Translations under genes and position numbers: made by a program
Shown here: one piece after another, positions 29,239-40,066 of the stretch
Layout: every line of letters starts with the position of its first letter
How positions within the stretch are numbered: the stretch's first letter is position 1
The notes under the pieces: generated by a model
What the model was told of the DNA's origin: nothing
Database searches by the model: none
Seen by the model: the letters and a program-made list of their open reading frames with translations, nothing else
Source of the DNA: Candidatus Versatilivorator sp.
GTDB lineage: Bacteria > Acidobacteriota > Terriglobia > Versatilivoradales > Versatilivoraceae
NCBI GenBank assembly: GCA_965207735.1
Contig: OZ242296.1
Span: 864,001 to 928,000 of the forward strand
DNA: 64,000 bases
Direction: 5' to 3'

Positions 29239-30480
29239 TCAAAATTCACAGTCGGACAATCCGGTCAGGGGCTCGAAGAGCAGGGCGTCGGATTCCTGTC
29301 CCTCCGACAGCTCTCTGCATTCCAAGGGAACCACCACCAATCCGTTGGCATCGGCCAGGCTGAAGATGTCCGCTGACCCCTTCCAGGACACCGGTCGTAT
29401 CCGGATGTCGCCCGATTCGAGGGTGACGCTTGCCGGCAGCAAGGCCGTGCGGCCCGATTTCTCCAGAATTTTCTCTTGAAGCCGGCCCCTCACTACCGTC
29501 AAGGCTCCGGCCGGCAACCCTTGCAGGACCTGGAGGGCTGGAGCCACGAACAGCTCGAAGGCCACAAAAGTGGAAACGGGATTGCCGGGAAGACCGAAAA
29601 CAAACTGCCGTCCCCGCCTTGCAAAAACCGTGGGTTTGCCCGGACGCATGCTCACCGCTTCGAACTGGATCTGAATGCCGAGTTCCTCGAACACGTCCTC
29701 GACCAGATCGTACTTCCCCGCCGAAACGCCCCCGCTCACCAGCAGAACATCGCTCTGCAAGCCCAGGCGGATTTGCCGTCGGAGCTGGTCCAGGCTATCT
29801 CCGGCGGTGGCCAGGACCCGGGGCGCGCCGCCGTGGCTCACTACCTGGGCGGATAGCGAATAGGCGTTGGAGTTTCGGATCTGTCCCGGACCGGGCTCCT
29901 GATCCACCTCGACCAGTTCGTCGCCTGTGGCCAAAATGGCGGCCACCGGCCGCTGGAACACCCGAACCCGGGACTTCCCCACCGCGGCCAAACCTCCCAT
30001 TTCCAGAACTCCCAGGCGGGTGGAGATTGGCATCAGGAGATCGCCCCGTCTGCGCTCCGAGCCTCTGGGGGCGATGTTGGCTCCCGGAGGGAGCGTTCGA
30101 AGAACCGCCACTTCATCCTCTGACAGCCTCTCGGTATGCTCTACCATAATGACGGCATCGGCGCCCTCGGGGGCAGGCGCACCCGTCATGATCTGAATGG
30201 CCTCTCCCGACTCCAGGACCCGTGACGGAGCTTCCCCCGCCTTGATCTCACCCACACATCGGAGCCGGGCCGGCACCGGATCGAGATCTCGGGACTTGAC
30301 GGCATATCCGTCTCGCATGCTGCGATCGAACGGCGGCTGGTCGAGGTCCAGATGTACCGGCTCGGCCAGAACTCGGCCTTGAGAGGCCAGCAATGGCGCC
30401 ATTTCAGTGGACAGATGGTCGGTCCGGACGGAGCCGCAATGGTCCAGAACGATTTCCCTGGCAGCCTTGACGGTCAGCAT
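29239..30480 (-). CDS. moeA: Molybdopterin molybdotransferase MoeA
   Basis: PPFDRSMRDGYA, IMTGAP, TGDEL, SGGVSAG, PGKP, LPGNPVS. Confidence 0.96.
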   Translation of the reverse strand: MLTVKAAREIVLDHCGSVRTDHLSTEMAPLLASQGRVLAEPVHLDLDQPPFDRSMRDGYAVKSRDLDPVPARLRCVGEIKAGEAPSRVLESGEAIQIMTGAPAPEGADAVIMVEHTERLSEDEVAVLRTLPPGANIAPRGSERRRGDLLMPISTRLGVLEMGGLAAVGKSRVRVFQRPVAAILATGDELVEVDQEPGPGQIRNSNAYSLSAQVVSHGGAPRVLATAGDSLDQLRRQIRLGLQSDVLLVSGGVSAGKYDLVEDVFEELGIQIQFEAVSMRPGKPTVFARRGRQFVFGLPGNPVSTFVAFELFVAPALQVLQGLPAGALTVVRGRLQEKILEKSGRTALLPASVTLESGDIRIRPVSWKGSADIFSLADANGLVVVPLECRELSEGQESDALLFEPLTGLSDCEF

Positions 30481-30806
30481 TGGAGAGGTCCCGAGACAAC
30501 AGTTGAATAAGGCCGGCCCGGCGCGCCGGCCGCGATGGAAGCGGTGGCGCAGCATGGGTCGGATTCCAAGGGAGCGATCTGGCCATTCCCTGGCAAAACC
30601 GCCGTTCCCGCAATCCGCGCTCCTATGATACAGGGCTGCCGCTGTCTGCCGGAATCAATTCTTGTGCACTTGGCGACGGTTTCAAGATCGGGTATGCTTC
30701 AATGTCCAAACCCGCGCGGCCGCGGGGTTGGGACGCCATTTCCCGGAAACTTCGGGGGAGCCATTTGACCGACAGCGCTTCCAACCGCAGTTCCCTGCAA
30801 CTCGCC

Positions 30807-31538
30807 ATGGGAAGACTCAGGCCGTTTTGGGTCAGGAATTGGGTCTTTTATTCCCAAGCCTTGTCCAACTTCGGCACCGTGGGAGCCATCGCCCCAAGCT
30901 CACTGCTTCTTGCCAAGGCGGTTGTCCAACCGCTTCAAGACCGCCCGGAGCGTCCCATTTCAGTCCTGGAAGTGGGAGCGGGCACCGGGGTTGTTACCGC
31001 TCAGATCCTCAAAGGTCTCGGCCGGGGGGACCGGCTGGATGTTTACGAGCTGAACCCCAGGTTTTGCGGGTATTTGAGCCGCTTTCTCCGGAAGCAGGAC
31101 CTCCACTCCCGGGGAGTCCGATGCAAGCTCCACAACGCCGACGTTCGTGAATTGAATCAGGCACAGCCCTATGATTTCATTTTCTGCGGAGTTCCCTTCA
31201 ACAGTTTCGATGTGCGAACCGTCGATGAAATCCTGGACGTCCTGATGAACCACTTGACCGACTCCGGCGTGTTGGCTTACTTCGAGTACTCCTTGTCCCA
31301 CCGCGTCAGGAGCCGTTTTCTCAAGCCGCCGGCGCGCGACCGACTCCAAAAAGTCAACCTGAGAATCCGCGGGTTTACCCAAAAACACCAGTTCGCCCAT
31401 CGCAAGGTGTGGTGGAATCTCCCGCCGGCCAATGCCCGCTATTGTCGAAAGGATCCCGCGGTCAGCAGCCTGCCGCAGGCATCCCAGGATCAGCCCACGG
31501 CGCGGCTCAAGCCGTTTCCTCCCCTAGCAGAGCGTTGA
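30807..31538 (+). CDS. SAM-dependent methyltransferase, PmtA-like phospholipid N-methyltransferase (start uncertain)
   Basis: VGAIAPSS..LA, VLEVGAGTGVVT, NLPPA. Confidence 0.8.
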   Translation: MGRLRPFWVRNWVFYSQALSNFGTVGAIAPSSLLLAKAVVQPLQDRPERPISVLEVGAGTGVVTAQILKGLGRGDRLDVYELNPRFCGYLSRFLRKQDLHSRGVRCKLHNADVRELNQAQPYDFIFCGVPFNSFDVRTVDEILDVLMNHLTDSGVLAYFEYSLSHRVRSRFLKPPARDRLQKVNLRIRGFTQKHQFAHRKVWWNLPPANARYCRKDPAVSSLPQASQDQPTARLKPFPPLAER

Positions 31539-31569
31539 TGAAAATCCAGCGAAACCGAGGAAAGACATC

Positions 31570-34374
31570 ATGAGGTCTCCCAGTAAATTCTCCCGCTCTT
31601 CCAAACCCTTTGCCCTGTTTCTGGCCGGTGTCGTCTTCTACGCCCTGGTCCTGTGGATAGGGCTCGCCGCCGCCGCGGCGACGGCCCCGATGGAGCCGGA
31701 AGACTCCAGCCTGCCCGAGGGAATGGAGCGGGTGACTTCAGTCGAGGGGATCACCGAATACCGCCTCGACAACGGACTGCGGGTGCTGCTCTTCCCCGAC
31801 CCCTCCAAACCCACCATTACCGTGAATATCACCTACTTGGTGGGATCGCTGCACGAGAGTTACGGCGAGACCGGGATGGCCCACCTGCTGGAGCACCTGG
31901 TCTTCAAAGGAACGCCGAAACACCCCAACATCCCCCAGGAGTTGACCGAGCACGGGGCCCGACCCAACGGCACCACCTGGTTCGACCGGACCAACTATTT
32001 CGAGACCTTCAGGGCCACCGACGAGAATCTGGAGTGGGCCCTGGATCTGGAAGCCGACCGGATGATCAATTCGTTCATCGCCAAGAAAGACCTGGACAGC
32101 GAAATGACGGTGGTGCGCAACGAGTTTGAGCGCGGGGAGAACAATCCCTTTCGCATCCTGATGCAGCGCACCCTGGCCTCTGCATTTCTCTGGCACAACT
32201 ACGGAAAGTCCACCATCGGCGCCCGCTCCGACATCGAGAACGTCTCCATTGACCGATTGAAAGCTTTCTATCGCAAGCACTACCAGCCCGACAATGCCGT
32301 CCTGCTGGTGGCCGGAAAGTTCGAGGAGGCGCGCACTCTGGCCTTGATTGCCAAGAAATTCGGGCCCATTCCCCGACCCACCCGACAACTGCAGAAACCC
32401 TATACTTCCGAGCCCACCCAGGACGGCGAACGCACGGTAACGCTGCGACGGGTGGGAGACGTGAAGATGCTGATGGCCGCCTACCACATTCCGGCGGGAT
32501 CCCACCCCGACTTTGCCGCCCTGGACCTCCTGACCCACATCCTGGCCGATACGCCATCCGGCCGCTTGCACAAGACGCTGGTCGAAACCAAGAAGGCCAG
32601 CCGAATCTACGGCTACAACTTTCAACTGCATGATCCGGGAGTTGTCATGATGGGCGCCGAAGTGCGCCAGGAGGATTCGCTGGAGGACACCCGCGCCGCC
32701 TTCCTGAAGACCATCGACGAGATCATGAAGGAGCCTCCAACCTCGAAGGAGGTCGAGCGGGCGCGGACGCAGTTGCTCAAGAACATCGACCTGGCTCTCA
32801 ACGATGTGAATCGAGTGGGATTAAGCCTGAGCGAATGGGTGGCCATGGGAGACTGGCGCCTCTTTTTCCTCCATCGGGATCGCATTCGAAAGGCAACCCC
32901 CGAAGACGTGCACCAGGCGGCGGGCGCTTATCTGAAATCTTCCAACCGAACCCTGGGACTATTCATCCCCACCGAGGATCCGGACAGAGCCGAAGTCCCC
33001 CAACGCCCCGATGTGGCGGCCATGCTCAAGGACTATCGTGGGGACACCGCCGTTGCCGCCGGCGAGGCCTTCGATCCATCGCCCGGCAACATCGAGTCTC
33101 GAGTGCAGCGAATGACCATCGGGTCCAACCTGAAACTGGCGCTGCTCCCCAAGAAAACGCGCGGCAGCACGGTGGTCGCCAACCTAAGGCTTCACTTCGG
33201 CGACGAGAAAAGCCTGATGCACAAGAGCACCATCGCGGGATTGACCGGATCGATGCTCATGCGAGGCACCACCAGCCGGACCAGGCAGGAGATCCAGGAT
33301 GAATTGGACCGCCTCAAGGCGACGGGCCGGGTCTCGGGAGGGGCGACCGGCGCCTCCGCATCCGTGGAGACGATCAAGGAAAATCTTCCCGAAGTCCTGC
33401 GGCTGATCGGGGAGTTACTACGTCAACCTTCCTTCCCGTTGGGCGAGTTCGACACGCTCAAGGAGGAACGACTGGCCTCCATCGAGCAGCAGATGAGCAA
33501 TCCGCAGGCCATCGCCGCAAGCACCTTCTCGCGTCACGGCAACTCCTATCCCAAGGGGCACGTCCACTACTCCCCCACCTTTGACGAGCAAATCGCATCC
33601 ATCAAGACTACGACCCTGGAGGACCTGAAGGGCTTCCACAAGACCTTTTACGGTGCTTCCCATGGCGAAGTGGCCCTGTCGGGAGATTTCGAGCCGGAAG
33701 GCATCGTCGAAGTCCTGAAACAAATCTTTCCCGATTGGAACAGCCCCAGTGGTTACAAGAGGGTTGAAAACCCCTATCAGGAGATTCCCCCGGCCAACCG
33801 CTCGGTAGAAACACCCGACAAGGCCAACGCGGTATTCATCGCAGGACTGCCGCTTGCCGTCAGCGATAGCCACGCAGACTTTCCGGCCCTGGTGCTGGGC
33901 AACTACATGCTGGGCGGCGGATTCCTCAATTCGCGCCTGGCGGTGCGCATTCGCCAGAAAGAGGGGCTCAGCTACGGGGTACGCGCCTATCTGGAAGCAA
34001 GAGCCAAGGACGAGCACGGCTCCTTTACCACCTGGGCCATTGCGGCGCCGCAAAATATCGAGAAAGTGGAATCGGCCTTCCGGGAGGAGGTTGAGCGCGC
34101 CCTCAAGGACGGTTTCACCGCGGAGGAAATCGCGGCAGCCAAGTCGGGCTACCTGCAGTCCCGGCAGGTAAGCCGATCTCAGGACAGCCGCCTGGCGGGC
34201 ACCATGGCCAGCCGCCTATTTGAGGGCCGAACGCTGGCCTGGGATGAGGCATTCGAAAAAAAGATCGAATCCCTCAGCGGAGAACAGATCGTATCCGCCC
34301 TCAGACGCCACCTGGACCCTGCCAAGATGACGATCGTCAAGGCAGGCGACTTTGCCGCGGCCGACAAGCAGTAG
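31570..34374 (+). CDS. M16 family zinc protease (pitrilysin/PqqL-like), exported
   Basis: TGMAHLLEHLVFKGT inverted HxxEH motif, NGTTW, duplicated M16 halves, signal peptide. Confidence 0.93.
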   Translation: MRSPSKFSRSSKPFALFLAGVVFYALVLWIGLAAAAATAPMEPEDSSLPEGMERVTSVEGITEYRLDNGLRVLLFPDPSKPTITVNITYLVGSLHESYGETGMAHLLEHLVFKGTPKHPNIPQELTEHGARPNGTTWFDRTNYFETFRATDENLEWALDLEADRMINSFIAKKDLDSEMTVVRNEFERGENNPFRILMQRTLASAFLWHNYGKSTIGARSDIENVSIDRLKAFYRKHYQPDNAVLLVAGKFEEARTLALIAKKFGPIPRPTRQLQKPYTSEPTQDGERTVTLRRVGDVKMLMAAYHIPAGSHPDFAALDLLTHILADTPSGRLHKTLVETKKASRIYGYNFQLHDPGVVMMGAEVRQEDSLEDTRAAFLKTIDEIMKEPPTSKEVERARTQLLKNIDLALNDVNRVGLSLSEWVAMGDWRLFFLHRDRIRKATPEDVHQAAGAYLKSSNRTLGLFIPTEDPDRAEVPQRPDVAAMLKDYRGDTAVAAGEAFDPSPGNIESRVQRMTIGSNLKLALLPKKTRGSTVVANLRLHFGDEKSLMHKSTIAGLTGSMLMRGTTSRTRQEIQDELDRLKATGRVSGGATGASASVETIKENLPEVLRLIGELLRQPSFPLGEFDTLKEERLASIEQQMSNPQAIAASTFSRHGNSYPKGHVHYSPTFDEQIASIKTTTLEDLKGFHKTFYGASHGEVALSGDFEPEGIVEVLKQIFPDWNSPSGYKRVENPYQEIPPANRSVETPDKANAVFIAGLPLAVSDSHADFPALVLGNYMLGGGFLNSRLAVRIRQKEGLSYGVRAYLEARAKDEHGSFTTWAIAAPQNIEKVESAFREEVERALKDGFTAEEIAAAKSGYLQSRQVSRSQDSRLAGTMASRLFEGRTLAWDEAFEKKIESLSGEQIVSALRRHLDPAKMTIVKAGDFAAADKQ

Positions 34375-34439
34375 GGCTCCTTGTCCAGGCCGGGGGGAGG
34401 CCGTCGGGGGTTTTCGGCGATCATCCGGGAGGTGGCGAC

Positions 34440-34730
34440 ATGCAATGCTGGAAATGCGGTACGACCATTGATCTCGATCCTCGTAGCAGGATCTCGAGAA
34501 ACGACAGTTGCGGCCATTGTCACAGCGACCTGCACGTCTGCAGGAACTGCAGATTCCACGACCCAACGGTCCACAATCAGTGCCGGGAGACCCAGGCCGA
34601 GTGGGTGAGTGACAGGGAGCGGGCCAACTTCTGCGATTACTTTGCACCCTCCCGAACAAGAGCGGGCGCCTCCCCCGGAAACGCCGCTCCGGACGCCAGG
34701 TCGGCCTTTGACAGCCTGTTCAAGAATTGA
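34440..34730 (+). CDS. Small Cys-rich putative metal-binding protein
   Basis: CWKC, CGHC, CRNC plus two further Cys; GGAGGT RBS; ends AFDSLFKN. Confidence 0.75.
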   Translation: MQCWKCGTTIDLDPRSRISRNDSCGHCHSDLHVCRNCRFHDPTVHNQCRETQAEWVSDRERANFCDYFAPSRTRAGASPGNAAPDARSAFDSLFKN

Positions 34731-34871
34731 CCCGCATATTTGAAACAACGCCCGACGCCGCGGATCGCGAAACCGGTTCAAAGCCAACCATGAGTAGATG
34801 GTTTATCTACTCCCATATGATCCGCACCGCAATGGCAAGGGCCTGGCAAGACTCGTACTGGGCGCCAGACA

Positions 34872-35621
34872 ATGGAATGCCCCACGGCAATGACCGCGGT
34901 TAGTTCAACAGGGCGAAAGAATCGCCGGGCATGCGTATTGATCAGTGGCGGCCTGGACAGTTGCGTTCTGTTGGCCCATCTCGCCGAGCAAGGCTGGGAA
35001 CCGGCTCCTCTCTATGTCCAGGCCGGTCTGGTCTGGGAAAGCGTCGAGTTGCTATGGATCCGGAGGTTTCTGGCCCGCCTCAACCACTCCGGGCTCGAAC
35101 CCCTCAAGCAGGTCAGCCTTCCGGTCGAGGACACCTACCAGTCCCACTGGAGCACCACAGGCCAAGCTGTTCCGGGAGTTCATTCCGAGGACAGCGCTGT
35201 CTATCTTCCTGGTCGAAACCTCCTTCTCCTATCCAAGGCCGCAGTCTATTGCGCCCTTAACCGGATCGGCGTCATCGCTTTGGGGCTGTTGAAGGGAAAC
35301 CCCTTCCCCGACGCCACCCCGACCTTTCTTCGCGGCTTCGAGCATGTGGCCGCCGGCGCTCTTTCCCATCCATTGGAGATCGTGACCCCGTTCAGCAAAC
35401 TCTCGAAGGCAGAGGTGATCGATCTGGGCAAACAGCTTCCCCTGGAGTTGACCTTCTCCTGCATCCGTCCCGTCGGGGAAATACACTGCGGCGGCTGCAA
35501 CAAGTGCGCCGAGCGACGGCGCTCCTTCGCCAAGGCGGGGGTAAAGGACCGAACCGACTACCACCGGCTGCCCGGATTGGAACTCCAACCGGCCTCCTCC
35601 GTGGCCAATCATGCGGAATGA
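34872..35621 (+). CDS. queC: 7-cyano-7-deazaguanine synthase QueC
   Basis: SGGLDS PP-loop, PGRN, TFSC..HCGGCNKCAER zinc site. Confidence 0.85.
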   Translation: MECPTAMTAVSSTGRKNRRACVLISGGLDSCVLLAHLAEQGWEPAPLYVQAGLVWESVELLWIRRFLARLNHSGLEPLKQVSLPVEDTYQSHWSTTGQAVPGVHSEDSAVYLPGRNLLLLSKAAVYCALNRIGVIALGLLKGNPFPDATPTFLRGFEHVAAGALSHPLEIVTPFSKLSKAEVIDLGKQLPLELTFSCIRPVGEIHCGGCNKCAERRRSFAKAGVKDRTDYHRLPGLELQPASSVANHAE

Positions 35622-35636
35622 AACCGACCCATTCGC

Positions 35637-37052
35637 TCAGGTGCCCTTGCCCAGCAACACGATGGGAATGGTTTTCAAGGCGATCTTGACGTCCAGCAGC
35701 AAGGACCAGTTGTCGATATACTGCAGGTCCAACTTCATCCACTCCTCGAAATCGATCTCGTTCCTGCCGCGAACCTGCCACAAGCAGGTGAGCCCCGGCT
35801 TCATCCGAAGCCTTCGACGCTGCCAGCGCTGGTAGTTTTCCACCTCTCTCGGAAGCGGTGGCCGCGGCCCCACGAAGGACATGTCTCCCTTCAGGATGTT
35901 GATGATCTGGGGCAGCTCATCCAGGCTGAACTTACGCAGCCATCGACCCACCGTAGTGCAGCGGGGATCGTTGCCGATCTTGAAGACCGGACCCGACATT
36001 TCGTTGAGATGTTGAAGTCCGCTTTGAGCCGCTTCGGCGTTTTCGACCATGGATCGGAACTTGTAGAAGACGAACTCTCTTCCACCCAGCCCACACCGAA
36101 CCTGTTTGAAGATAACCGGCCCCTTGGAGGTGGTCTTGATCAGCAGCGCGATCAAGCCGAACAGCGGTGCGGTCAGCATCAACAGAGCACAGGCCAGCCC
36201 CAGGTCGATGCCGTTCTTGACCAGAAGCAAGTAGTCGTTTTGGGGCGTGGTTGTGAAAGTCAGCAGCGGCAGATCCTGCAGGGCTTCCAGGTACACCTTG
36301 GAGGTCACGTGGGGGAAGAAGCTGAGCATGACTCGGGTCTTGACGCCTTCTTCCTCGCACAGGAGAAAGATCTCCTCCAGCCCTGCCAGGGCATCCTTGG
36401 ACACCACGAAAATGACTTCATCGACGGTGTGCCTCTTGATGGCTTCACCGAATTGGGAGAGTGGAATGCTGGGATAACTGCCCAGCCGAGAATCGGGCAA
36501 AGCATCGGTCGATTCCGGCACGATGCCGACCAGGTGATAGCCCCAGGTCTCAGCCTCCTCGAGCACGGCTGCGACCCGAGCTGCGCGGTCACCGCTGCCG
36601 ACGATCAGAAGATTACGGTCACCCGCCACCAGCCGGCCGAACCGGCTGATCCCCCTGGCGGCATAAATTCGGAAGGCCAGCAGGAAAAGGAAGTTGACCA
36701 GGACGAAGATCAGGATGAAGGGCCGGCTGATGAAATGGTACTTCAGCACGAAGATGGCGGCGCTGATGAGGACGCCGCCCACAAAGACCAGCAGAGCCGT
36801 TTCCTTGACCACCCCTAGACGATCCTCGCCCGAAGCGGCCTGCTGGTTGCGGAGCAGCAGGGACAACCCGTTCCACAGCAGAACCACCACCAACAGCAGG
36901 CCCAGGTAGTCGCGAAAGGGAAACAGTTCGCCGAAATAGGCCAGGGGCAGGGAGTCTCGAATCCCATAGGCCAGCAGAAATGAGACCACTGTGACTGCCG
37001 TCTCCACCAGGGCGTAAACCAGCCGGGCGATGCGATACTTCCGCTGCATCAT
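35637..37052 (-). CDS. Polyprenyl glycosylphosphotransferase (WcaJ-like sugar transferase)
   Basis: Multiple TM segments, KFRSM, DPR.T.VG..LRK.SLDELPQ..N..GDMS.VGPRP, KPGLT. Confidence 0.93.
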   Translation of the reverse strand: MMQRKYRIARLVYALVETAVTVVSFLLAYGIRDSLPLAYFGELFPFRDYLGLLLVVVLLWNGLSLLLRNQQAASGEDRLGVVKETALLVFVGGVLISAAIFVLKYHFISRPFILIFVLVNFLFLLAFRIYAARGISRFGRLVAGDRNLLIVGSGDRAARVAAVLEEAETWGYHLVGIVPESTDALPDSRLGSYPSIPLSQFGEAIKRHTVDEVIFVVSKDALAGLEEIFLLCEEEGVKTRVMLSFFPHVTSKVYLEALQDLPLLTFTTTPQNDYLLLVKNGIDLGLACALLMLTAPLFGLIALLIKTTSKGPVIFKQVRCGLGGREFVFYKFRSMVENAEAAQSGLQHLNEMSGPVFKIGNDPRCTTVGRWLRKFSLDELPQIINILKGDMSFVGPRPPLPREVENYQRWQRRRLRMKPGLTCLWQVRGRNEIDFEEWMKLDLQYIDNWSLLLDVKIALKTIPIVLLGKGT

Positions 37053-37090
37053 GAGTCATCGCCTCCGAACGTCCTGGCGAGGAGTGCAGT

Positions 37091-38128
37091 TCAACGCACG
37101 ACGATTGCCGGGTGGCCGGATCCGGCCACCCGCCCGATCACGGCTGCTCTCGGGTAGTTTTGTCGCAGTTGGGCCAACAGCGGCTCCACTCTTTGCCGGG
37201 GAACCGACATCAGCATGCCGCCTGCCGTCTGGGGATCGAAAAGCAGGCTTATGAGATCGGAGTCCACCCCCTCCCGGAAGGCAACCCCCGAACCCACAAA
37301 TTCCCGGTTGGATTTGTCGCCGCTGGTCAGCATCTTTTGCCCTGCCAGTTCCATTGCCCCGTCCAGCAGCGGAACGCTTGCCGAATCGATCTCAAGGCTC
37401 GCCCGGCTGGACTGCGCCATCTCCCAAAGATGCCCCAGCAACCCGAAGCCGGTGATATCGGTCGCGCAACGGACGTGAAAGTCGCCCATCGCTCGCGCTG
37501 CCGCCTCTCCCGGCATCAACATGGTTTCCACCGCGGCCGCGGCAACCGAAGACTCTGCGGTTTGAAATTTTATCCCGGTTGAGATTACGCCGGTGCCAAT
37601 GGGCTTTGTCAAAACCAGGAGTTCGCCGGGGCCGGCGGCCGCGTTGGTAGCCACCTGGTCCGGATGGATGATGCCGGTCACGGCGTAGCCGAACATGATC
37701 TGTCGGTTGTCCACGCTGTGGCCACCCAGCAGAGTCACTTTGTGTTGGGACAGGACCTCCAGTCCTCCCCGCATCACCTCCGACAAGATGGCCCAGTCCA
37801 CGCCCTTCTTGGGAAAACAGGTTACCGAAAGAGCGGTGACCGGTGTCCCGGCCATGGCCCAGACGTCGCTGAGAGAGTTCAGGGCGGCAATACGCCCGAA
37901 GTCGAAGGGATCGTCGACGATCGGGGTAAAGAAATCCAGCGTCTGCACCAGGGCCAGATCGTCCTGGAGACGAAATACTCCGGCGTCATCGGCGGTGTCG
38001 AAGCCCACCAGGAGATTGGGATTACGGGGTTGTCGGGGTAGCCCACTCAACACTTGAATGAGCGCCTGTGGGGCGAGCTTGGAGGCTCAACCCGCACAGG
38101 AGACCATTTCTGTGAGTCGCTTGCGCAT
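37091..38128 (-). CDS. selD: Selenide, water dikinase SelD, selenocysteine-containing
   Basis: ATG 38128 reads [16 protein letters not shown](38089-38087)-ASKLAP in frame with [40 protein letters not shown]. Confidence 0.95.
38041..38063 (-). promoter_or_regulatory. Candidate bacterial SECIS hairpin in selD
   Basis: GCUCAUUCAA-GUG-UUGAGUGGGC stem-loop with a G-initiated loop 33 nt downstream of the UGA. Confidence 0.65.
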
Positions 38129-38212
38129 TTGCGTCTCCGGTTCCGGTGAAAACATCAAAGCCGTCCTATTATGCCACGCATCGGCCCTGCGTTTGCGCGC
38201 ACGGGGAAAAGA

Positions 38213-38845
38213 GCTATCCACGAAGGGCCACTAAGAACAACCAAGGGCCACGAAGGGGATGGAGAAAACTCAAGAGGGCTCCGCCCAAGCTCGGGAAGGC
38301 GTTTTGCGCGGGCGGAGCGTCCGCGCTCCCAGAGTCACTCCGCCCTTGAGGAAGAGTCGCAGAAGCCGTTTCCGGAACGACGCTACACACGCGCCCTTGA
38401 TCTCCACTCACGGGACGCCGAGTTTGCCCCCCTCCGGCTCGACTGCGGGCTCCGCCTTTTGGTAGTCACTCACGGGACGCCGAGCTTGCCCCCCTCCGGC
38501 TCGACAGCGGGCTCCGCCCTCTCGCCGACTCCCCCTCAAGGGGGGAGTGATACTTGAAGCCTGTAGAGGGCTTATTGCCTGATTGCTGGGCAGGATGTAA
38601 ACCATGTTCCCGGTCTACCGCATAAACTCCGTTCCCTCTTCATAGCACGGATATCACTCCCCCCTTGAGGGGGAGTCGCAGAAGTCGAGCCGAATGGCGA
38701 AGGCTGATGCGCAGGGGGGTTCGCACAAGGCGAGCCAAAGGCGAGATCTTGTGCGCCGTAGCGGTAACCGCCGGCGTGCGTCGGTTGCGGTGGGCGAGTC
38801 GCAGAAGCCGAGCCGAATGGCGAAGGCTGATGCGCAGGGGGGTGT
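38213..38845. repeat. Cluster of REP-like repeats (family A copy 2 at 38406-38616, inverted hairpin copy at about 38653-38678, two ~47-nt direct units, CCACGAAGG motifs)
   Basis: Direct match to 1736-1944; TCACTCCCCCCTTGAGGGGGAGTCG in the opposite orientation; GAGTCGCAGAAG(T/C)CGAGCCGAATGGCGAAGGCTGATGCGCAGGGGGG at about 38673 and 38796. Confidence 0.85.
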
Positions 38846-38932
38846 ACGCCAAGCTGTCGAACCCGGTTGTGGGTCGGGCTATTCAGGAAGGGAGCAGGAT
38901 TGTTCCCCGGGAGGGGTCAGTAAGGAAAAATT

Positions 38933-40033
38933 CTAGTTGTCGATGGCTTGGGCGTCCAGCCGGTCCAGGATTAATCGGCCCATCTCTCGGGTGCCCACCG
39001 AGCGGCCGCCGGCTGCCATCAGGTCGGCGGTTCGGTATCCCTCGTCCAGCACCGAGGCGATAGCCTTTTCGATGGCAGTGGCTTCCCGCTCCAAACCGAA
39101 GGAATACTTGAACATCATGGCTGTGGAGGCAATCATGGCGATGGGATTGGCCAGGTCCTTGCCGGCAATGTCGGGAGCCGTGCCGTGGACGGGTTCGTAG
39201 AGTCCGCTGCGGCCGCCCAGACTGGCCGAAGGCAACATTCCGATGGAGCCGGTCAGCATGGAGGCTTCATCGCTCAGGATGTCCCCGAACATGTTGGTGG
39301 TGACGATGACATCGAACTGTCCGGGGTCGGCAATCAACTGCATGGCGCAGTTATCGACCAGCATGTGGCTGAGTGAAACGTCGGAGAAGCTCCTGCCCAC
39401 CTCCGCAACCACCCGCCGCCACAGCTGCGACGATTCCAGGACGTTGGCCTTGTCGACGGAAGTCACCCGCCCATTTCTCTTTCGGGCCGCCTCGAATGCA
39501 ACCCTGGCGATCCGCTCGATCTCGGAAGTCCGATAGATCAGGGTATTGATTCCCACCTCCTGACCATTGCTCTTGGAGATGCCGCGGGGCTGACCGAAAT
39601 AGATGCCGCCGGTCAGTTCTCGCACGATCAAGAGATCGACCCCCTTGACAATCTCGGGTTTCAGGCTGGAGGCCCCTGCCAGCGTGGGGTAGACATGGGC
39701 CGGCCTGAGGTTGGCAAAGAGGCCCAAGCCGGCGCGTAGTCCCAGAATTCCCTTTTCCGGCTTGAGCTCGGGAGGGTTGTCATCCCACTGGGGACCTCCC
39801 ACGGCTCCCAGAAGGACGGCATGGCTCTGCTTGCAAAGGTCCAGGGTGGATTCGGGCAAAGGGACGCCGGTGGCATCCAGGGCGCCGCCCCCGGCCAGGG
39901 CTTCTTCCGTCCGGATGCGATGGCCGTACCCGGCCGCGATCTTGTCGATCACCCGCAAGGCCTGAGCCATGACCTCTTTCCCGATTCCGTCACCCGGGAT
40001 CACCGCGACCCGCTTCTCACCCTTCGATTCCAT
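38933..40033 (-). CDS. leuB: 3-isopropylmalate dehydrogenase
   Basis: [47 protein letters not shown]. Confidence 0.97.
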   Translation of the reverse strand: MESKGEKRVAVIPGDGIGKEVMAQALRVIDKIAAGYGHRIRTEEALAGGGALDATGVPLPESTLDLCKQSHAVLLGAVGGPQWDDNPPELKPEKGILGLRAGLGLFANLRPAHVYPTLAGASSLKPEIVKGVDLLIVRELTGGIYFGQPRGISKSNGQEVGINTLIYRTSEIERIARVAFEAARKRNGRVTSVDKANVLESSQLWRRVVAEVGRSFSDVSLSHMLVDNCAMQLIADPGQFDVIVTTNMFGDILSDEASMLTGSIGMLPSASLGGRSGLYEPVHGTAPDIAGKDLANPIAMIASTAMMFKYSFGLEREATAIEKAIASVLDEGYRTADLMAAGGRSVGTREMGRLILDRLDAQAIDN

Positions 40034-40066
40034 GGATTGTCCTTGCTGGCAGCCCTTCGAAAAGTC

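Noticed and set aside
34509-34523. c-type heme motif CGHCH
   Set aside because: No signal peptide, and the other CxxC pairs point to a cytoplasmic zinc or Fe-binding protein.
34731-34871. preQ1 riboswitch upstream of queC
   Set aside because: No recognisable preQ1 stem-loop with A-rich tail.
38400-38845. CRISPR array
   Set aside because: Only two copies of each unit, no regular unique spacers and no cas genes; it fits REP-like repeats.
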